DNA of 63,337 bases, counting the filler, from Octopus bimaculoides (Eukaryota): assembly GCF_001194135.2 (NCBI RefSeq). It is 5 parts of 5 records of this genome, joined end to end, with 100 filler letters (N's around TTAATTAATTAA, not from the genome) between each part and the next. Parts side by side here need not be neighbours in the genome. Positions count along the whole stretch, not along the records: positions 12,405 to 40,642 come from NC_069001.1; 4 more parts are not named here. One strand, 5' to 3'. Shown one piece after another: positions 24,646 through 36,719 of the stretch. The first letter of the stretch is position 1; every line of letters begins with the position of its first letter. Under the pieces are notes generated by a model that did not search any database, was not told where the DNA came from, and saw nothing but the letters and a program-made list of their open reading frames with translations. The position numbers were made by a program, and so were the translations under genes.

Positions 24646-25479
24646 GTCTGTCTTTCTGTCTGTCTGTCTATTTGTCTGCCTATCTGTCTGTACATGCATG
24701 TATCATACACACACGCATTACATGTATGAGAGTGCATTACCTGCATAGCTATTGTTCTGTTTGTTTATTTGTCTATTCATTTGTCAGTTCATTTGTATAC
24801 CTGATATGTAAGGTATGTGTGTGAGAGTGTGTGCGTGTGGGGGGGTGTAGGTGTGTGTGTGTGTGTGTGCGGGTATGTGTATGCATTTATGTACATAATT
24901 ATTTCTAACTATTTATCTTAGTTTGATAGACAGATATTTTGACGGGTATTCATATTTTACAATAAGAATATATTTACACACGTCCTTATACATACATACA
25001 CACGCAAGCACACACGCAGACACATGTATTCTTTTTGTGTGTATGTATGTTAAAAAGAAACTTGGAGGGAAAGAGAGAAGGAGAACGAAAGTGACAGCAT
25101 ATTTATCTATCTATCTATCTATACAGACATACATATACAAACATTCATACAGAAATACATATATACATACACATACATAAATAGATAGACAAATGGATAT
25201 ATATATATATATATATGAAAGATAGATAGATACATACATACATAGAGAGAGAGAGAGAAACAAACACTCAGTTTGGCAGAGTGACTGACAGATATACAAA
25301 CAGACAGATAAATATATATACAAATCTGTTATATACAAGAAAGGCAATATTAAGCTGAAATTGCTATCTATGTGGTACTTACTGAAAATACACCGTTGAA
25401 AAGCAAATTTACTGCGGTATTCCTCTAGAGATAACATCTCTAATGTACCTGTTGTGTTTATTATTTTAAAAACTATATA

Positions 25480-25582
25480 GACGCAGGAGTGGTTGTTTGC
25501 TTTCCAAGCACATTGGTTCCTCTGCATGGCTCTTTGGGCAAGAATCTTCTACTAAAACTTCTGGCCAACCAAAGCCTTGTGA
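25480..25582 (+). mobile_element. SINE A, diverged 5' fragment
   Basis: GACGCAGGAGTGG...TTGGGCAAG..TCTTCTACTA...CCAAAGCCTTGTGA. Confidence 0.7.
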
Positions 25583-25927
25583 AATAAATAAATAAAATAA
25601 GGGGGGTGATCACTAAGTGGACACCCATTATGCTAGAAGTAGACACCTATGGTCTGACCACTAAGAAGAGATTGTTCTCAAGAAAATTCAGCAAACGCCT
25701 GAACGTAAGCGAGCAGGACAAATGAAAAGATACAAAAATATAAAGATTAATCACAGTCAAGTACTGGGGTCGATGTAATCGACTATCCCACAGCCCCGAA
25801 ATTTCAGAGCTTATAGTAGAAAAGATTATTGTAGTTGTTGCTGAAGTTCTTAACTTTGGAGCCTCGATAGTGATTCATTACCATTCCCTACATGTATGAA
25901 TATTTGAGTATACTTATATATATGTAT

Positions 25928-26200
25928 TCCCGGACCGGGTTGTGTGCTGTGTTCTTAAGCAAGACACTTTATTTCACCTGGCTCCAGTTCACTCATGAGT
26001 AGAAATGAGTTGCGACGTCACTGGTGCGAAGCTGTATCGACCTCTACCTTTCTGCTGAATAACATAAGTGGCATGTAGAGGGGATTCTGAAAAGCATGAG
26101 CGACCACTGGTCATTCATAAACAACTTTGCCCAAACTTGTACTTCGGAGGGGAACTTTGTAGGTGCAATCCCATGGCCATTCATGACCAAAGTGGGGCTT
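25928..26200 (+). mobile_element. SINE family C body, head truncated
   Basis: Starts ATTCCCGGACCGGG.TGTG..CTGTGTTCTTAAGCAAGACACTTTATTTCAC, overlapping the sequence that follows the tRNA head in the copy at 26405-26518. Confidence 0.6.
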
Positions 26201-26404
26201 TATATATGTGTATTTATATGTATGCCCTTTCTTTTATGGTAGTCTCCCGAGATCGGGAAACAGGGTTCTGTAATTTCTTGCTTAACATTTTCACATGATT
26301 TGTTTAAAGGGATCAAATACTTGCTCTGTACATTTGCTCACCCCCTCCATCAAGTTGATACGGCCTGTAAAGGTGCACAGCAGGTCTCACGTAAGATATC
26401 GAAA

Positions 26405-26518
26405 TCACTGGAGAGCAGCGAGAAATTAAGTGTTTTGCTTACGAACATAACACACCGGAATCGAAACCATGCTTTCGCGATCGTGTGTGCAACATTCTAA
26501 CTACTGGGCCATGCACCC
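26405..26518 (-). mobile_element. SINE family C, tRNA-like head
   Basis: Minus strand GGGTGCATGGCCCAGTAGTTAGAATGTTG..GGTTTCGATTCCGG: A box TGGCCCAGTAG, B box GTTTCGATTCC. Confidence 0.65.
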
Positions 26519-26544
26519 AAAGTATACGCATATATATGTATATA

Positions 26545-26685
26545 TGTGTGTGTGCGCGCCCGTGTGTGTGCGCGCCCGTGTGTGTGCGCGCCCGTGTGTG
26601 TGCGCGCCCGTGTGTGTGCGCGCCCGTGTGTGTGCGCGCCCGTGTGTGTGCGCGCCAGTGTGTGTGTGCGCGCCCGTGTGTGTGC
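26545..26685. repeat. 16-bp GC-rich minisatellite (CGTGTGTGTGCGCGCC)n, about 8-9 units
   Basis: Direct inspection. Confidence 0.95.
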
Positions 26686-27786
26686 GTGTGTGTATGTAAG
26701 ATGGTATACAACATAAATTAACGTTAAATATAATAATAATAAGAGTGAAACTAGGTTTTAAGACATTTTCTCCGAGTTTCGTGTTACCTCTTTTAAAAGC
26801 GATTCACTTATATTCGTATAGATATATACACACGCGCACGCACACACACACACACACACACACACAGATATTCGCATTATGTATGCGTATATGCATATTT
26901 GTATGAATGTATATATACATATACATATATATATGTATGTATGTATTATGTATGTATGTATGTATGTACAGATGGATGGATGGATGGATGGATGGATGGA
27001 TGGATGGATGGATGGATGGATGGATGGATGGACGGATGGATAGCTGGATGCATGAGTGTATGTATGTATATATGTATTGAGATGTATAAAAACATGAACG
27101 AATATAATAACGGCTTGAGAAAATCTTATATTCTGCTTTTAAAATCAATTTACGAACCACACTTTTATGCTAAAGCTGTTTAGGTTTATTTCTCTCTCTC
27201 TCTCTGTTTCTTTCTCTCACTTTCTCTCTCTACCTCTCTCTCTCCCTCTCTCTCTCTTGCCAAGCTATATTTGTCACAAAAAACCTAAGAAACATCAACT
27301 CTGACCACAAATATGTCTAAACAGTTTCCCTTAGCCAGCTGGCACATAACAAACAATAAATATGATATAATTGCAACAACAACAAAAGAAATATAAAACA
27401 GCAGACAAAAATACAACAAAATAAAATAAGGCAAAATATAGTAACACAAAAAAGATCGAAGGTAAAAATACACGAAAGGAAAACAGGACAAAATGGCGGA
27501 CGGAGTTTCAGGTTTCATATTTGTTGATTTTTCGAGGAAGCTTAACACTTTTACGATTAGATTATCCACGGCTTGGAATAGGAGTTGGAACAATATTCCT
27601 CGTGTAGCATTGTTGTCTTTTAGAAATTTTAAACATGGTCCTGTTAGAATCACATTCTTTAGAATAATAATTATTGTTTATCTTCCACTTTTTCCAACAT
27701 TTCCAGCACCTGTAAGGTAATCCTCAGCTGTGACGTTTAAAAGGGTGAAGGAAATTTTTCCTTTGTTTTTCTTCTTTTATTTTTTG

Positions 27787-28280
27787 ACTGTGATTAAGAA
27801 GCTAGCTTTGCGACCGCTGCTTGGTTTCTGGTTCAATCCCACTGCTCACTGGTACTTTGGCCAAGTGACTTCTACAATTGCTCAGGACCGACCAAGTCCT
27901 TATAAATGAATTTGGTTGACGGAGACTGTGCGAAAACCACTCGTGTGTGTGTGTGTGACTGTGTGTGTATGTGCGTGTGTACGTGTGCACGTGTGCGTTT
28001 GTATGCGTGTGCACGGGTACGTGTGTATGTGAGCAGGCACATTCGTGTGTGTGAGTGCTTGTATGTTTGCACGTGCATGCGTGTATCCGTGTTGTTTGAG
28101 GGAGCCTGTGTGTGTGTGTGTGCATGTGTATGTACGAGCGCGTGGGTGTGTCTTTGTCTCCCTCCACCGCTTGACAACTGGTGTTTCGTTTACGACTCCG
28201 TAAAGTAGCGGTTCAGCAAAATGGACCGATTCAATAAATATTTGACTTAGAAGGAAATTGGTAGTTGAGTTTGACTAGAC
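27787..28280 (+). mobile_element. SINE A, old diverged copy
   Basis: GGTTCAATCCCACTGC, TTTGGCCAAGTG, GCTTGACAAC.GGTG, AGCGGTTCAGCAAAA. Confidence 0.7.
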
Positions 28281-28559
28281 TATTTTGAGTCCTCGTTGTC
28301 AGTAGTAAGGCAGGGGCTTTAAGATACGTGGAGTAAATATACATAGTGACAGTCGGGACGTAACCAAACCATCAAACGATGGCGTAGTAACTACTGAGTT
28401 TGCAATTTTCAAACGATATTAGTCGAGTACAGTGATCTAGCTTCGCTGTGAGGTGGTTATCTCCCTGTCAGTATATGAAAAGGTACTTTCTTGTGGAACT
28501 AAGGGTCTTTTTAACAATACAGGTGCTACCCGGAACCCTCAGTTGTAATTAGTGACAGT

Positions 28560-28592
<33 letters not shown>

Positions 28593-29089
28593 CGTTGACC
28601 ACTAACGNNNNNNNNNNNNNNNNNNNNNNNNNNNNNNNNNNNNNNNNNNNNNNNNNNNNNNNNNNNNNNNNNNNNNNNNNNNNNNNNNNNNNNNNNNNNN
28701 NNNNNNNNNNNNNNNNNNNNNNNNNNNNNNNNNNNNNNNNNNNNNNNNNNNNNNNNNNNNNNNNNNNNNNNNNNNNNNNNNNNNNNNNNNNNNNNNNNNN
28801 NNNNNNNNNNNNNNNNNNNNNNNNNNNNNNNNNNNNNNNNNNNNNNNNNNNNNNNNNNNNNNNNNNNNNNNNNNNNNNNNNNNNNNNNNNNNNNNNNNNN
28901 NNNNNNNNNNNNNNNNNNNNNNNNNNNNNNNNNNNNNNNNNNNNNNNNNNNNNNNNNNNNNNNNNNNNNNNNNNNNNNNNNNNNNNNNGAATAAGGAGAG
29001 AAACAAGGAGAAAAAAATATAAATGTAATGGTCAGTGATCTACCATGGCGAATGCCGGACAGAAGAGAGCTAAGAGAGCTAAGAAAAAG

Positions 29090-29192
29090 GGGGGGGGGTC
29101 CAAAAGTCACCATACATAGGAAAATTTTATTTTTTTAATAAGAAACAGTTAAATATAAAAAAAAGCTGTATGGCGACTTTTGAATTACTCTG
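29090..29192. mobile_element. ~100-bp Tc1/mariner-type MITE
   Basis: Inverted match TCCAAAAGTCACCATACA / TGTATGGCGACTTTTGA; right end CTCTG-TA. Confidence 0.6.
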
Positions 29193-29199
29193 TATATAC

Positions 29200-29570
29200 G
29201 CTTTTACTCTTTTATTTGGTTCAGTCATTTGAGCGTGGCCATGCTGGAGCAACGCCTTTAGTCCAGCAAATTGACCCCAGGACTTATTTTTTGTAAGCCT
29301 AGTTAGTACTTATTCTATCAGTCTCTTTTGCCGAACTGCTAAGTTACAGGGACGTAAGCACACCAGCATCGGTTGTCAAGCGATGTTGGGGGACAAATAC
29401 AGACACACAAACATATATATATATATATACATATATATGACGGGCTTCTTTCAGTTTCCGTCAACCAAATCCACTCACAAGGCTTTGGTTGTCCCGAGGT
29501 TATAGTAGTAGACACTTGCCCAAGAACCATGTGGCTGGTAAGCAAGCTACTTACCACACAGCTACTCCTA
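29200..29570 (-). mobile_element. SINE A, near full length
   Basis: Reverse-complement match across tail, core and head. Confidence 0.9.
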
Positions 29571-29671
29571 CATATATATATATATATATGTAGCAACACT
29601 CCAAATGGTAATGCCACAGCATGGCCACTGCTCATGGGCTGAAGCTAGATCAAATCAAATAAAAAAAAATC

Positions 29672-29704
<33 letters not shown>

Positions 29705-30095
29705 GATAGATAGACAGACACATATAAGCCAACTAGTTTTCAAACGATTAAAATTAGGCGACAACACATCATATTTATACTTCCAATAAATCAACTGCTG
29801 CTTATCTTGAATTTGACATCAGATTTCAAACAAGTTTTCGATTCTTGCAAATAGTTTATATTTGATTGGAGATTTTTCTAAATGTTTACACCTCGAAAAT
29901 AACGTAAATGTTAGTTTGGTCTAATTTAATTACATTGTATTAGAAAAACCACGTGGTGTAAAGGAGCGTGTGAGTTGGCCTTTAGCTAACTCGCTAACAC
30001 TTTATTACTTTCTTGCTCTCCACGTCACTTTTATGCAGCATATAACGTGTTACCTAACTACTCCCTTACATAGATGCTAATGTATGTATATGTAT

Positions 30096-30142
<47 letters not shown>

Positions 30143-30221
30143 GACTTACCCATATGTATATAAATATATATATAGGCATTATGCCATTATACAGTCAAGT
30201 TAACAGTCATATAGATAGATA

Positions 30222-30425
30222 GAGAGAAAGAAGGAGAGAGAGAGAAAGAAGGAGAGAGAGAGAGAAAGAAGAAGAGAGAGAGAAAGAAGGAGAGAGAGAA
30301 AGAAGGAGAGAAAGAGAAAGAAGGTGAGAGAGAGAAAGAAGAAGAGAGAGAGAGAAAGAAGGAGAGAGAGAGAAAGAAGGAGAGAGAGAGAAAGAAGGAG
30401 AGAGAGAGAAAGAAGGAGAAAGACA
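30222..30425. repeat. Polypurine (GAGAGAGAGAAAGAAG)-type minisatellite
   Basis: Direct inspection. Confidence 0.9.
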
Positions 30426-30812
30426 GACAGACGGATACAAGGGCACGTTCATCCACGGATATACACAACTGCATACACACACATGCGCGTATGTATACGA
30501 GTTTGAATGTTTGTGCATGCGTGTGTATGTAAGCATCAGTTAAGTTTATTCCATATACAGATAGTGGTTTCACCCACTTGGCGCGCACACCTAAACGCGC
30601 GGCACATATATGTGTATATCTATCTATCTATCTATATATATATAAACACATATATATGTGTGTGTATGTATCTGTGCGTATGTGTGTGTACATATATATA
30701 TATATATGTTATCGACAGCGGCACTGGGGTTTATATGTAACATATGGTATAATTATAAATAGAGCAAATTTTAGCCATTTCTCAGGTGACTGAAAAGAAA
30801 AAATAATGAACA

Positions 30813-30854
30813 ACCTTAATCGATTTTCAACCTTATTGGGTCCTCATCAGAGGT
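30813..30854 (-). ncRNA. Minimal type I hammerhead ribozyme (Penelope-associated type)
   Basis: ACCU-CUGAUGA-GGACC(CAAUAA)GGUU-GAAA-AUCGAU-UA-AGGU: intact CUGAUGA and GAAA cores, stem I ACCU/AGGU, palindromic AAUCGAUU helix III, UUA cleavage triplet; stem II closes with G-U rather than G-C. Confidence 0.7.
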
Positions 30855-31053
30855 AGCCACATTATTCTGACGGTCTCCAGAGAAGCGAGCAGCAAAACTG
30901 TTTGTATACTCAACAAATGCACCAGTTACTCTATGAGGGAGTCCCTAATTTGCATACCGAAAGTGCTTCACACTCTATAAATACCAGCGGCCTGTCAACG
31001 TGGATTTTAGTCCACACAGTTTCAAGGTATGGCATAATAAATATGAAACATGT

Positions 31054-31093
<40 letters not shown>

Positions 31094-31600
31094 TTTTATT
31101 CTTTTATTCTTTTACTTGTTTCTGTCATTGATCTGGAAATAGAGTNNNNNNNNNNNNNNNNNNNNNNNNNNNNNNNNNNNNNNNNNNNNNNNNNNNNNNN
31201 NNNNNNNNNNNNNNNNNNNNNNNNNNNNNNNNNNNNNNNNNNNNNNNNNNNNNNNNNNNNNNNNNNNNNNNNNNNNNNNNNNNNNNNNNNNNNNNNNNNN
31301 NNNNNNNNNNNNNNNNNNNNNNNNNNNNNNNNNNNNNNNNNNNNNNNNNNNNNNNNNNNNNNNNNNNNNNNNNNNNNNNNNNNNNNNNNNNNNNNNNNNN
31401 NNNNNNNNNNNNNNNNNNNNNNNNNNNNNNNNNNNNNNNNNNNNNNNNNNNNNNNNNNNNNNNNNNNNNNNNNNNNNNNNNNNNNNNNNNNNNNNNNNNN
31501 NNNNNNNNNNNNNNNNNNNNNNNNNNNNNNNNNNNNNNNNNNNNNNNNNNNNNNNNNNNNNNNNNNNNNNNNNNNNNNNNNNNNNNNNNNNNNNNNNNNN

Positions 31601-31925
31601 GAAACGGGCTGATTACTACCTAGCTTAGATACCAGGAAACCCCAAAATGGCTGAAGTTCAAAAGATAGTGCTCATGGGAACTGCCCATATCCTACGTAAA
31701 ATACTGTCTATGTGATCTCAAATTTTAAAGCAAACACATAAATTTCTTATGGTTTCTTAAACATTCACTAGAACAAAACTGTACAAATCCAAATATATGG
31801 TACCCTAGGCATAACACCTACATGAGCTTCTAACCTGTTGTCTCTTGAGGTCTCTGGGTGAGACTTGGATCCAACTTGTACAAATGCAAAACAAAAGTCA
31901 AACATAAAATAATAATAATAATAAT
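31601..31925 (+). mobile_element. R4/Dong-type 3' end (distinct subfamily) with (TAA)n tail
   Basis: IPGNPKMAEVQKIVLMGTAHILRKILSM* then ~190-bp UTR and AATAATAATAATAAT. Confidence 0.75.
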
Positions 31926-32385
31926 GTTTCATATTGGTGGCACAAGATCAAAGCTTGCTTACCGAAAACTACCAGGCTAACGTTCTTCAAAACGGTTTTG
32001 AACCTAAATGTAGATTCTGCGATAAATTTGATGAAACAATAGAGCATCTCGTCTCGGGATGTCCTGAACTGACCCCAAACGAACACAAAAATCGCCACGA
32101 TAGGGTAGGACAATATTTTCATTGGAAAATATGTAAGCACTACAAGATCAGCACTCCTGCTTACCAGTATGAACATCATCCTGAACCAGTCGTTGCAGGT
32201 AAAAATGTCACTATCCTCTGGGATTTTCCAGTCAACACCGACAGAACTATTCAGGGTAATCGACCAGACATTGTCATTAAAGAGGGAGAAGAAAATATCT
32301 GTAGACTGATAGATGTAAGTGTTCCCACTGATAAAAATATATCTGTAAAATAATAAGACAAATAAATATAAGGACCTGGAAATAC
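31926..32385 (+). mobile_element. R4/Dong-type fragment: CCHC knuckle + RLE
   Basis: ORF 31934-32353: AQDQSLLT.NY..CRFCDKFDETIEHLVSGC..RHDRVGQYFHWKIC..ILWDFPVNTDRTIQGNRPDIVIK..LIDVSVP. Confidence 0.9.
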
Positions 32386-32699
32386 TTCCAACTGTTTATG
32401 CATACAAGTACACGTCTAAAGATTTATAAACTACGTAAATAATATTTACACGTCACGCACACAAAAACATATGTTACAAGCGAAGCAATACAAAAGAAAA
32501 ACAATGCGCTTTTCCACAAACGAATACAAAAGTAGCAAATAATCACAGAATTTAAAACGACATCATTAAACAGTTATGCTTGGAGACATATCTACTCTGT
32601 AAAACAGGAGGTGAATTTTGGTTTGTTAGCCTGATGCAAATACAATTTGAGAAGCATACCCATTCAAAGAACTCGGAGGCGGTGTTTTATTTAAGAAGT

Positions 32700-33620
32700 T
32701 ATCTCTAAATAGACAAGCCTGTCAATGTCTATGTTTTAAAGGCAAGAAGTCAAAACTCATGCCGGATCAGTCAGCACCCGGGTCACCAAAGACCACGTTC
32801 TCCAGTGAGGTGCCAATCTTGAATCGAAAAGTCTGCTAATGGAATAAACTCTCAAAAAGGCGATCTACCAGGTAACCAGAATCAGGATAATCCCAATCCT
32901 TGACATGTAGCGGCACCACGAAAAGAACAACCGAAAGAGAAACGCATAAAATCGAATTCAGAAGACTGTGAAGATGTTTTGAAGGTCTGTTACAAAACCC
33001 AGTTAAGCCCAAGTAATAGTCTCATTGTACAAACATACACTTTCTGGAGAAATTTAGTAGACGATGAAGTACGCAGTTATATAAATGCAAATAAATTAAG
33101 TAATGTATATAGAGATATCATTAAAAACTGAAGACTAACTGACGCTGAAATTGACACAAATGTCTCAATGCAGACCAAATGAAAACAGCAACCAAGTAGT
33201 TGAAATAAGTAGCACAAACATAGAACCTATAATAAAGGACAGTAAATCTGAACAATGAAGAAATTGAACTGAGAATAACGGAGAAAAGAAATGTGGAAAA
33301 ACTATAAAACAGATCTATTTCAAGAACACCAACATATGACATAGAATTTGAAGAGGGTAACAGAGAAAAGATCGCAGAAGCAAACGAAGACATGATAAGA
33401 GAACTCATAAAGATTGAATTTACTGTGATGTTTAATAGAGAACCGCCACCAAAATCCACTGGCTGGGTGGTAAGTAGCTTGCTTACCAACCGCATGGTCT
33501 TGGGTTCATTACCACTGCGTGACAACTTGGGCAAGTGTCTTCTACTATAGCCTCGGGCCGACCAAAGCCTTGTGATTGGATTTGGTAGACGGAAACTGAA
33601 AGAAGCTTGTCGTATATATG

Positions 33621-33713
<93 letters not shown>

Positions 33714-36400
33714 GTGTGTGTGTGTATGTTTGTGTGTCTGTGTTTGTCCCCCCCAACATCGCTTGACAACCGATGCTGGTGTGTTTACGTCCCCATAACT
33801 TAGCGGTTCGGCAAAAGAGACCGATAGAATAAGTACTAGGCTTACAAAGAATAAGTCCTGGGGTCGATTTGCTCGACTAAAAGGCGGTGCTCCAGCATGG
33901 CCGCAGTCAAATGACTGAAACAAGTAAAAGAGTAAAAGAGTAAAAGAGTAAACAATACAAAGAGTATCAGCAAATTATGATCTGTAAGGTTACTCATAGA
34001 CATATCTTAAAAGATAAGGGCACTGATCGAAGAACCCTAAATAATCTCATGTACTCCACTGCTAAAGTAGTAATTAATCAAATAAGTATCAAGATTACAA
34101 CGAAAGATCAGACATGTCAAAAGGAAAGTAAAAATAGAGAAAGAAATTGAATTTCCGTAGGCGGAAGTCTCAGTTCTCGATGAACTTTCTGTAGAAGTAA
34201 ATGTCAAAAGAAAAGTTCCAAAAATTAAGCAAAAATATAAAATCAAAAATCTTATAACCCCTCCTGCGACTTTGGAACTGTTGAAACAGCGTATACAGGT
34301 AAAAATCCCAAGAGCATAAAAGGTATGATAAAAGAAACTAATTTTATAATCAAAATGAAATATTCGAAATAGATGCGAGGAAATATTATAAGGAAATTGA
34401 CAAATGTGAGGTAGAGGCGAAAGCTCCACCTATGATTTAGGAAATGGAAAAGTTTGAGAAGAAGATACGGAGCAACGAGAAATAATTCAATGCTGAATCT
34501 GATTGGAGAGAACGTGAAAAAGAAAGACTGAAGTCGAAAAACAGGAAAGGGAGACAATAGAATAGAAAAACTACGGTGTGTTCTTATAAAGTCTCACAAA
34601 TGGAAATTCCCAGGACTGGATCGGATCCCTAAATTCTAGCTGAATTGTTTGGTAGAATTACACGAAAATCTCACTGCATCTCTAACCAATATTCAGAACC
34701 CAGAGCAAATACTTGCCTGGCTGACTATCTGTTTACTACCAAAAGCTAATGGTATAAAATTCACACAGAATTACCGACCGATAACATGTCTTAATACTAC
34801 TTACAAGAATATCGCAACTAAAAGAACGTACACTTTCTTTGGAAAGAACTCCGTTATTCCACAAGCGCAAAAAAGATGTGAAATAAATTCCTATTAGTGC
34901 AAAAACTAGTTGTTCAGAAAAATAACCATTTTGGAAATTCTCCGCAGTAAAAACAAAAACCTGAACCATCGATAAGTTAACGAAAAGCTTTTGTGAGTGT
35001 CCCACATAAATGGATACGCAAAGACCTCGATACGTATAAGATCTCTCCTAACATATCTAGATTTCTAGAAAATAGGATGGCAAAATGAAACACAGGTCTT
35101 TTTCTAAACCATAGTAGTGGGATGAGCCAATCCAATGGCATCAGCATCAAACGTGGCATCTTTCAAGGTTACATCTTCTCTCCATGAATTTTTTGCATGG
35201 CACTGCTCCCACCCTCAGATGAATTGAACAACGCCAGACATAGATACAAAACTATTAACAAGATCATAAACAATGTTTGTTTGCATGAATGATCTGAAGC
35301 TGTTTGCAAAAAAATGACAAAGGACTAGAAATGCTGCTCACAGCTGTTAAAGTTTATCAATGACATTGGATTATCCCCTCGATAGTTGCGCTTAAGCAAA
35401 GTTTGTGAGAGGCAAGCTCAGAAAAACAACTTCCATTAAATTAGATATTGACACTCCCATCAAGGAACCTGACCCACAAGAAAATTATAAATATGAACGT
35501 ATAAACGAAAGGGATGACCTAAGTCTTGCCACTATGAAGGAAAAGATAAGAATGGAGTACTACAGGTAGAGAAGACTTATTCTGATGACTGAACTAAATT
35601 CTAAAAATCCTGACAATTCCAGTAGTCCCAAACGGTTTTAATATCATTAATTGCAACCTGTCGAAGCTTGAGCGCATTGACAAGAAGAGAAAACTATTGA
35701 CTCCTAATAACATGCACCACCGTAAGGCAAACTTGAACCGTCTGTACCTACCAAGAAGCAGCGAGAAAAGGGAAATGATGCTTTTAAAAATTCGCTACAA
35801 AACATCCACGATAGGAATGAACTACATGTCTTGTAGAGTAGACTGAATGCTGCGACTTGTGTACGAACATGAAAGCAGAAAAAAGCCCAACTCTATTGTA
35901 GACTATGCTTCTAAATTCGACACTAACCCGGAATTAGATGGAGAACCTGAAACCATTGCTACCAAGCAAACAAAACAAATCAAGCAAGCTGCTAAAAAGA
36001 ACGCACAGAAACAACTTGCGTAATAGTAGAACCATGAATAATATATTCTTCCAAGCCAAAATGCTGATGTTGATCAACAACCCATCAGTGGGTTGTTCAG
36101 GACTGAAAGCAGACACTGAAGGCTTTATACTGGCAGCACCAGTCCAAAGCTTATTTGCCAGAAATTACCAGACGAAACTAATATAAAATTCTCAACGATA
36201 CGGTTGGACAATATTTACATTAGAATATACGTAAGCTCTGCCAAGTCGATACTTCTGCAAACTGGTGTGATAACCATCCTGAGATGGTGGTTGAAGGAAA
36301 AAATGGGATTTTCCTGTCGACACAGAGAGAGAAATTCAGGATAATCGACCAGAAATAATCATTAAAGACAAGAAAAAAAAACAGTCCCAAATAATGAGAA
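32700..36400 (+). mobile_element. Near full-length decayed R4/Dong-type non-LTR retrotransposon, interrupted by a SINE A
   Basis: Collinear motifs: N-terminal TYTFWRNL..INANKLSNVYRDIIKN*RLTDAEID (~32940-33155); RT HKWKFPGLDRIP, NYRPITCLNTTYK, KAFVSVPHKWI, IKRGIFQG.IFSP, CMNDLKLFAK; RLYLPR; SGLKADTEGFILAA; WDFPVDT..NRPEII; many stops and frameshifts. Confidence 0.85.
33461..33950 (+). mobile_element. SINE A, well-preserved copy nested in the R4/Dong ORF
   Basis: Near-complete family A sequence with ~110-bp internal (TG)n; LINE-like sequence resumes on both sides. Confidence 0.9.
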
Positions 36401-36416
36401 TATTTCCGTTCATTTT

Positions 36417-36670
36417 TAGGTTATGTAAACCAAAAGAAGAAAGTGTTTCTCATATGGATACTGAATGTGGTATGCTGGCGTCGAAAGAATACAAGACATG
36501 AAAACCTAGGGAGAGTAATCCACTGGGTGTTATGTAGAAAGCTAGGATTTGGCCATAATGGCAAGTAGTATGAACACGAAGCTAGTAAAGTGCTACAAAG
36601 TAAGAAGCACAAAATGTTGAGAGATTTTGACATACAGACCAACTGCACGATAGAAGCTAGAATGCCTGAT

Positions 36671-36719
<49 letters not shown>

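Noticed and set aside
26430-26518. tRNA-like sequences (heads of SINE A, B and C)
   Set aside because: A/B boxes are present but I cannot fold a complete cloverleaf, and each continues into a SINE body
27685-27710. P-loop-like peptide GAGNVGKS on the minus strand
   Set aside because: Followed by a stop three codons later and lacks the preceding hydrophobic beta strand; likely chance
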